A stretch of 64,000 bases of DNA, from NCBI GenBank assembly GCA_965112735.1, contig OZ218955.1:2914001-2978000 (forward strand), written 5' to 3'. Position 1 is the first letter of the stretch; each line of letters starts with the position of its first letter. Source of the DNA: Phaeosaccion multiseriatum (Eukaryota; Protista; Ochrophyta, other classes). The position numbers and the translations under genes are program-made. Under the pieces are notes generated by a model. That model searched no databases. It saw only the letters and a program-made list of their open reading frames with translations, and was not told where the DNA came from. Positions 57,687 to 64,000 of this stretch are shown here, in pieces.

Positions 57687-57801
57687 TGCGGCCATGCTGA
57701 TGTGGGAGGAGTGGTGGTGCGACTGTGACTGGAGGTGGGGGCTCCACGTTTTCTTCTCGCTTCTGATGATGAGCGGGTGGGGGTGGAGGAGAGCAATTTA
57801 G
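53361..57801 (+). CDS. Secreted Pmp/adhesin-like right-handed beta-helix protein with Pro-rich tail; exons 53361-53540, 54056-54197, 54544-54816, 54969-55049, 55255-55419, 55727-55810, 56158-56253, 57064-(57801, end uncertain)
   Basis: Signal peptide; repeated FxxN ... GGA(L/V) motifs (FLSN/GGGALY, FVSN/GGAVLN, FIAN/GGAVFN, FITN/GGGMYN, FYGN). Confidence 0.82.
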
Positions 57802-58075
57802 GAAGGAAGGAAGGAAGGAAGACTGCAAAAGGGCTTCCTGTAGAGGTGTTTGATGGCCGGGGCCTGCGCTTGGGCCTGGGCATGCGGGGGGGGGGGGCTA
57901 GCCCTGGGCGCAGGCATGCTCCTACGCACGGGAGGTACGACGCAGCTGCGCGGCCTCTACTCTACCCATCTGAGTCAGGTGGAGGGAGCCATCGAGAGGA
58001 GTACATGAAGGCAAGCAAGCCGCTGTCGACAGCGCAGCCCAGGGGCGATCAGCACAGCGAGCAGCAGAAACGACG

Positions 58076-58139
58076 CACCTGACACCTGACACCTGACACC
58101 TGACACCTGACACCTGACACCTGACACCTGACACCTGAC
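58076..58139. repeat. (CACCTGA)n 7-bp tandem repeat, about 9 copies
   Basis: Seen directly. Confidence 0.95.
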
Positions 58140-60055
58140 GCCTCATGTCTCTTGTCACAATGAACCAACGCCCTTGCTTCTTTGTGCTTGTTTGCCCCCA
58201 CCTCCACCTCGACCGATCAATCCTTCTCACTCCTCACTTCTCACTACTCCCTACCCCTTACCCACTACCCACTGCTCACTAATGTCACTCGTCCGACTCG
58301 CATCATCACCCGCCCCCGTTCCGCAACCCTTCCGAACCCTACACGCCCGACACACCCCTACGCCCCATGCTCTTGTGATGTCAACAAACAGGCGGGTGGA
58401 AGTATATGGGCTATCCCCACCCGTGGCCAGAACGCTTCAGTGACAGTTTCAGCGTGTGTGTACCTTGCAGAGGGCGCTCTCGCAGATTCGGCACAGGATT
58501 TTGCCCTGGGAATGGGCACCCTCGTCCGGTGCACATGAGAGTTCGCGGAGGGGTGGAGGGGAGATGGCAGTGGATGGAAGAGGCGGGAGGGGTGGGTTGG
58601 GATGGGGCGGGATGGCAGCGGATGGGATGGGATGGGATGGGATGGTCCCGCGGCAGCAGCCCTGGGGGGCGGCCCAGAGGGTTCGAAGGATTGTGCCTTC
58701 TTCCTCCCTCCTCCACTGTTTGCTGCGCTTGGCCAACAAGACAAGGCACATAAATGTATGTAATCTTAAATCAGTACTGAAGTGGCTCAAGCTCAACCCA
58801 TCGGCGTGGCGAGTAAAGAGAGGGAGAGACAGACAGAGAGACAGACAGAGAGAGAGAGAGAGGCAAGAGAGAAATAGAGAGAGACAGGGAGAGACGTCCA
58901 CCCAATAAATAGCAGGGCTGCCGTCTGCCCTCCATCACTCCCTGTCCCCTCGGGGCACTGCCTTGACAATACCATGAGCCGCCCTCTCTCGCCCTGCTGC
59001 AGCACTCCCATCCACTGCCATCCTCCCATCCTCAGCGTGCGAGAGCAGCGCTGAGCAGAGCCAAAGAGAGAGGCATAAATAAGGGCCCTCCGCTCTCCCA
59101 TCCACTGCCATCTGCCAGGGGAAGTCCACAAACCACTCACGATGGCCCCCTCACGAGAGCCAAGCACCTCTACACGCCAAAAGGAGGCCAGGAGCCCCCC
59201 CCCCTCTCCCTTCCCCTCTCCCTCCGTCGCATGTGCTCGACCTGGCTGTAGGGCGCCAAGTCGCTCTCCTCTGTAGGCAGGCGGATTCCTTGACTGCGGC
59301 GGAAAAGGCGCGCACAAGCTAGCTCACGCACGCACGCACGCACAATCACTCAACATCGTCGCGGTACACCCCGAAGCCTATTCAGCGGCCGGAGCAAGTA
59401 CAAGCGCAGCAAACCAGCAGGGGCTCTCTCCTGCAAGGCCTCGCAGAGAGAGGGCAGCGTAAGACGACAGCGGCAGCCAATCCGCTCCGCTCTCACCACT
59501 CCGCCGCACCCCTCACCATCCACTGCCATCCGCTCGCGTTCTCTCTCTTATTCAACAGCCACGCCGGCTACGCCCTGTCGACCGCCCGAGACTGGGAGAC
59601 GTGTGGGTGCGTGGGTGGCGAGTCGCAGAGGCAAGGCCCAACAAAAGAGCGGAGAGAGGCGTTTCGGGGTGCAACTGTCGCTCACGCACCCACACCAACG
59701 CCACATCCAACGCAACGTATCGCATCCATTCTCCATTGTCGACACAAAGGCTTCACAGAGGGCAGACGGCCCACCTCTCTTCCTGAGCGTCGTTGGGGGC
59801 TGAAACCCGATACCCAATACCGGATACTCGATACCCAGAAGGAGCCCGCCCGCCTGGGCTGTCTGCCTCTTGTCTCCTGCTCTTTGCTCGTCCGTCGCTC
59901 AGCCGCCATGTGCGCACAGCGAGCTTCTCAACTGAGACAACTCACGTATGCACACGCGCACACACACACGCACGCTCACGCACGCACACACACGGCGCGA
60001 GGGTCCTTCGGGCGCCGAGTGGAGCAGCGCAAAGGGACCAGCACAATCGCTTTGG

Positions 60056-60124
60056 CATGCCCGTGTGCTTCTCACATGCCCGTGTGCTTCTCACATGCCC
60101 GTGTGCGTTCTCACATGCCCGTGT
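60056..60124. repeat. 19-20-bp tandem repeat overlapping the SAT stop codon
   Basis: CATGCCCGTGTGCTTCTCA x ~3.5; on the minus strand the first unit encodes ...TGM-TGA. Confidence 0.9.
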
Positions 60125-60970
60125 ACAGAACGTTTCGGTAACTGGTTTTGATGAGCCGCTGGTTCTCGCTCTTCTCATCTTCCTCTTCCCCTGTCTCTTC
60201 CTCGTCCCCTGCTCCACGCAATACCCCTGCTGCGCCCTCTTCTTGCTGCTTCTCTTGCTGCTGCTCCTCCTCCTCCTTCGCGTCCCCAGAGCCTGTTGTC
60301 GAGCCAACACTCACACTCGCACTCGAACCTTCTTTCCCAAGCGTGGAGGAGGAGGAGGAGGAGGAGGAGGAGGAGGAGGAGGAGGAGGATGCCCCATCTG
60401 CCCAACCTGCCTCCACCCCTGCTGCCTTGAATAGGCCCTTTGCCTCCTCGCTCTCCAAGCAACATACGAAGTAGCCGCGTGTCTTGCTGGGCACCCCGCT
60501 GTTGGTCGAGTACGGAGGGATGGGCTTGACCACGACCGACCCCGCCTCGATGCGGCTCCCCTCCCCCACCACGATGTTGCCCAGCACTGAGCAGCCCGAC
60601 CCGAGCAGCACTCCGTTGTGCACCTTACAGTACAGTTACAGTTACAGTTACAGTTACAGTACGTTTACAGTCAAAGCACATGGTACAAACGCAAAAACAA
60701 AACACTGCCAATCAGCGCATAGAAGTAGTAGTACGGAATACGGAGTCTGGAGCATGGATGAACGTATTCAGGGCACTTTAGGTGACGTAGGGCAGTTGGT
60801 TGTCCACCAATGCAACTGAAGTAGGGCAGTTGGTTGTCCACCAATACAAGTATGAGGGGGGATGTTCTTGGTTCCTAGGACTCTCCAAGGACTCCAACTG
60901 TTTCACGGGTGACAACAATCCCCTCCCCCCGACCACATCATGAAGAGAATAGAGAGAACAGCAGCAGCAC

Positions 60971-61010
<40 letters not shown>

Positions 61011-61247
61011 TGGTGATACAGCAGCACAGCACCGCTCTTCGCGCCCCCCCCTGTCCACCTGACCACTCACCTTGGGGTGCCTGTCGCCCCTCTCCTTGCC
61101 CGTGCCTCCCAAGGTCACTCCCTGGAGGATGCACACGTCGTCGCCAACCACGGCCGTTTCACCAATGACCATATCGCACCCGCTGGCCATGTACACACCC
61201 GATCCGATCAGGGCCCCGGGGTGAACGTCGGCGGCGCAGAGCTGTGT

Positions 61248-61293
<46 letters not shown>

Positions 61294-62535
61294 TTGGAGG
61301 GTTGGATTGGGGGTGAGGGGTGGGGGGCGGGGGTGGTGATGGGTCAGGGATTATGGTCGCTCTCCGCCCTCCTCCGTTGCCCTCTCTGTTTCTCCCTTCT
61401 CTCCGCTCTCAACTCTCTTTGTCCTTTCTCACCTCCTCTCCTCCTCCTCCTCCTCCTCCTCCTCCTCCCTCCCTCCCTCCCTCCCTCTCTCTCCCTTCCT
61501 CCCCCTCTGTCCCTTTCTCTCTCTCCCTCCCCCCCTCCCTCTCCGTCCCAGCCCACGTGCTTTGCCTGTGTGCCCTCCTTGCCTCACTCAGTGTGCCCTC
61601 CTGCCTCACTCACTCACCTCCGACACAACACTCTGCAGATACCTCGCAAGCTCGGTCCGATCCTTCTGCCAGAGCCAATGGCTTAGGCGATGGGCGGCGA
61701 GAGTCACAAACCCCTTGTGGAACAGGAGCACTGAATGGAACAGTTGGTGAAACAAGCAGCGGTAGCAGCAGCAGCAGCAGAAGAAGAAGCGACAGGCAGG
61801 ATTAGGAGCAGGGGCAGGAGTAGGGATGTAAGAACAGCAGCAGGAGGTGAGGGGAGGAGGTTTGGGGGCAGGGCAGCACGAGGGGCAAGAAAGAGGACGA
61901 CTTGAGGAAGCGTAATGCGGCAGGCGTGAGGGGGAAGGAAAGCACCACAGACAGGATGCGAGGCTAAGCTTTCCCATGACGCGCCGGCCGAAAGGAATGT
62001 GCGCCTGTTGGTAGTCTAGGCAGGCATCGAACCTGTGAGTGCGTCGGGGATGGCCACGTCTCTGGTGGCTGCGGCGATGAGATCCTCCGCCACTGTGAGC
62101 AGCAGGTCGGGCTGCTCTTGGAACATCTGTGTTTTCCACCCATCCACAGAGATGGGGGGGCAAAGGCAGGGGATATGGGGAAGGGGGAGAGGGAGTAGGG
62201 GAGATGAGAACAAGAGACGAAGGAGGTTAGAGGGAGGAGGGGGGGGGGGGAGCGAGAGAGGGAGAGAGAGAGAGGGTAAGCGATGGTGGGTGGTATTGCG
62301 TGGATGTTGAGGACACTAAGCAACATACATCTGAGGCCAATTCGCTGAGCTCGGAGGGCATGATGGCCGGAGTGCCGAGCTTGTTGGAGAGTGCCACCTG
62401 GATGGCTTCGGCAAGGGACGGCTGAGACAGCACGGCCCCGTGGACGAGAGAGGACACCTTCGTGGGGAGGGGGGGGGGAGGGAGGGAGGCAGAGAGAGGG
62501 AGGCAGGGAGGCAGGGAGATGGGTAGTGTGTGTGT

Positions 62536-62597
<62 letters not shown>

Positions 62598-63163
62598 AAG
62601 AAAGGGAGGGAGGACAGCAACTTTGTGCATAGAATATACCAGAGTCCAGTCAGAGAAACGTAGAACAAATGCAAGGCAAAGCAGAGAAGGACACACGGAC
62701 ACACGCCGCGCCTTCGTAGCTCACACACCTGCGGGTCTTGGCCCGCCGCAATGGTGGCCTCGAACTGCAGTAAGTCCCACAGTGGGTCATCGCTGTGGTG
62801 CAGCAGCTCCACGAGATCCGTCACGCTCTGCACGTCCCCCACCTCCATCTCAACGTCGACCTCCTTCTCCTCCTCCTTGGTCTTCTCTTGCTTGGGCTGC
62901 TGCTGCTCCTTCTCGATCCGTGTTTCTTTTAGAGGAGAGCCGAGAGGGAAAGAGCGCAGGACGGACCGAGGAGTGGTCGTATGGCTGCGGCTGACGGTAG
63001 AGCATGTCTGCTGGCGTCCAGTGCTGATTCTGGCATACCCTGATGCACGGCTGACTGAGGGATTGGGTGCGAAGGCGAGAGCAAAGCCATTCTCATCACT
63101 CCTGCTCCTCCAGCCCCCAAGAAGCAGAGGAAGAAGAAGCACAACTTGGTACATACCCATCAT
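60111..63163 (-). CDS. cysE: Serine O-acetyltransferase (CysE/SAT) homolog, plastid-targeted, catalytic Asp-His replaced; exons 63163-62729, 62457-62329, 62126-62033, 61730-61618, 61241-61071, 60623-60111
   Basis: SATase_N (DPLWDLLQFEA, LSNKL, DLIAAATRD, LFHKGF..LAAHRLSHWLW); DVHPGA; VIGETAVVGDDV.ILQGVTLGGTGKERGDRHPK; hexapeptide repeats; leader ...FALA|FAP. Confidence 0.93.
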
Positions 63164-63522
63164 CTCCCCTCAAGCATTTGCAGATAAAGTCAAGGAAGAG
63201 ACAACGAGAGAGAGAGAGAGAGAGAGAAGAGAGAGGAAGAGAGTGGGAGGATGAGGGACGGGAGGGAGGCTCCAGAGGATGGCAGCGGATGGCGCTTCAT
63301 CCGCCCGTCCATCTCTCTCCTCTTCACATCCTTCTCCCTTCTTGTGTGCTGCTTGTAAGGAGCCTTCTATGTCTCTCAGTGCTGAGGAGAGGATAGTCTA
63401 ACAAGACAGAGCCACAAGCGGCGCTCGAGCGGGGTCTTCTCCATCAAAAGCGCGGGCTTTAGCGAGGGTCTCAGGGGATCTGCCTGCCTGTGCTTGTGCT
63501 GCAGCTGCTGCTGCTTTCTGGA

Positions 63523-63869
63523 ATGGCACGGGAGAAGAAGCGTGGTAAGGAGCGTAGCAGCTGGACCCGAGATGACCTACCACTAATAGAGGAGAGGGAG
63601 GAGGAGGTGGTGGAGATCGAGATGGAGCAGCTCTCGGGCTATGACCAAGATCAACCAGCGGGTGGGGAGGAGGGGGGGGGTCAGGAGGAGGACGAGGTGC
63701 GCCTGGAGACAGAAGACCTACCCTTTCTCCTTCGGAATGTGACATGCAGTCAGTGGCGGTCGTGCACCTCCTGCGTCGCGCTGAGATGGGACGGTAATGA
63801 TAATGATCGCCACGAAGGAGAGGAGGGGGGAGAGGGGAGGCAGGGCAAGGTATCACTACACGGAGGACC

Positions 63870-63908
<39 letters not shown>

Positions 63909-64000
63909 GTACGAAGACTCCACCCCGCTCTGCCGATGGTGCACCAACCCGGTGAACGATGCCTTCTCCGTGTGCGTGCCCCGAGGAGACAAGGACGGCG
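63523..64000 (+). CDS. 5' part of an ORF with a PSI (plexin-repeat)-like Cys motif; runs off the window
   Basis: Open from ATG 63523 to the window end (absent from the ORF track because there is no stop): CSQWRSCTSCV...LCRWCTNPVNDAFSVCVP. Divergent from SAT. Confidence 0.6.

Noticed and set aside
57900-60050. Possible gene in the Pmp-SAT gap (e.g. KILCRICE)
   Set aside because: No consistent exon chain could be assembled; only the motif cluster is reported.
62028-62033. Non-canonical splice site in SAT (AG|GTTCGA)
   Set aside because: Weak but still GT-AG and phase-consistent; no GC-AG or AT-AC intron was needed in any model.

Overview
Gene-dense, intron-rich, microsatellite-saturated eukaryotic nuclear DNA. 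It is most likely from a photosynthetic stramenopile (ochrophyte); this is inferred from four proteins with signal peptide + Phe 'ASAFAP-type' bipartite plastid leaders, a Zn2Cys6 factor and a Pmp-like beta-helix protein. Genes were assembled by hand from GT-AG exons: plastid class I aldolase (partial), a SMYD-type SET protein, an ER-retained PDZ+2xPA protein, SMEK/PP4R3, a giant polyQ Zn2Cys6 factor, a plastid trigger-factor-N protein, a C2 protein, an ankyrin protein, a 752-aa orphan, a JmjC hydroxylase, an SPX-MFS phosphate transporter, a decaying tandem array of F-box-like/Zn-finger genes, a Pmp/adhesin-like protein, a serine acetyltransferase homolog and the start of a PSI-domain ORF. Most notable observations: (1) a frame-independent 14-16-bp word GCAGTTGGTGATAC(AG), usually embedded in (GCA)n tracts, with 9 exact copies in exons, a 5' UTR, an intron and intergenic DNA; (2) three non-autonomous TIR elements with TCRGC...GCYGA ends and 6-7-bp target duplications; (3) polarised introns with complementary simple repeats, plus a second recurring word GATGGCAGTGGATGG; (4) a plastid SAT homolog that has lost its catalytic Asp-His. 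All coordinates were read by eye and no database searches were run.
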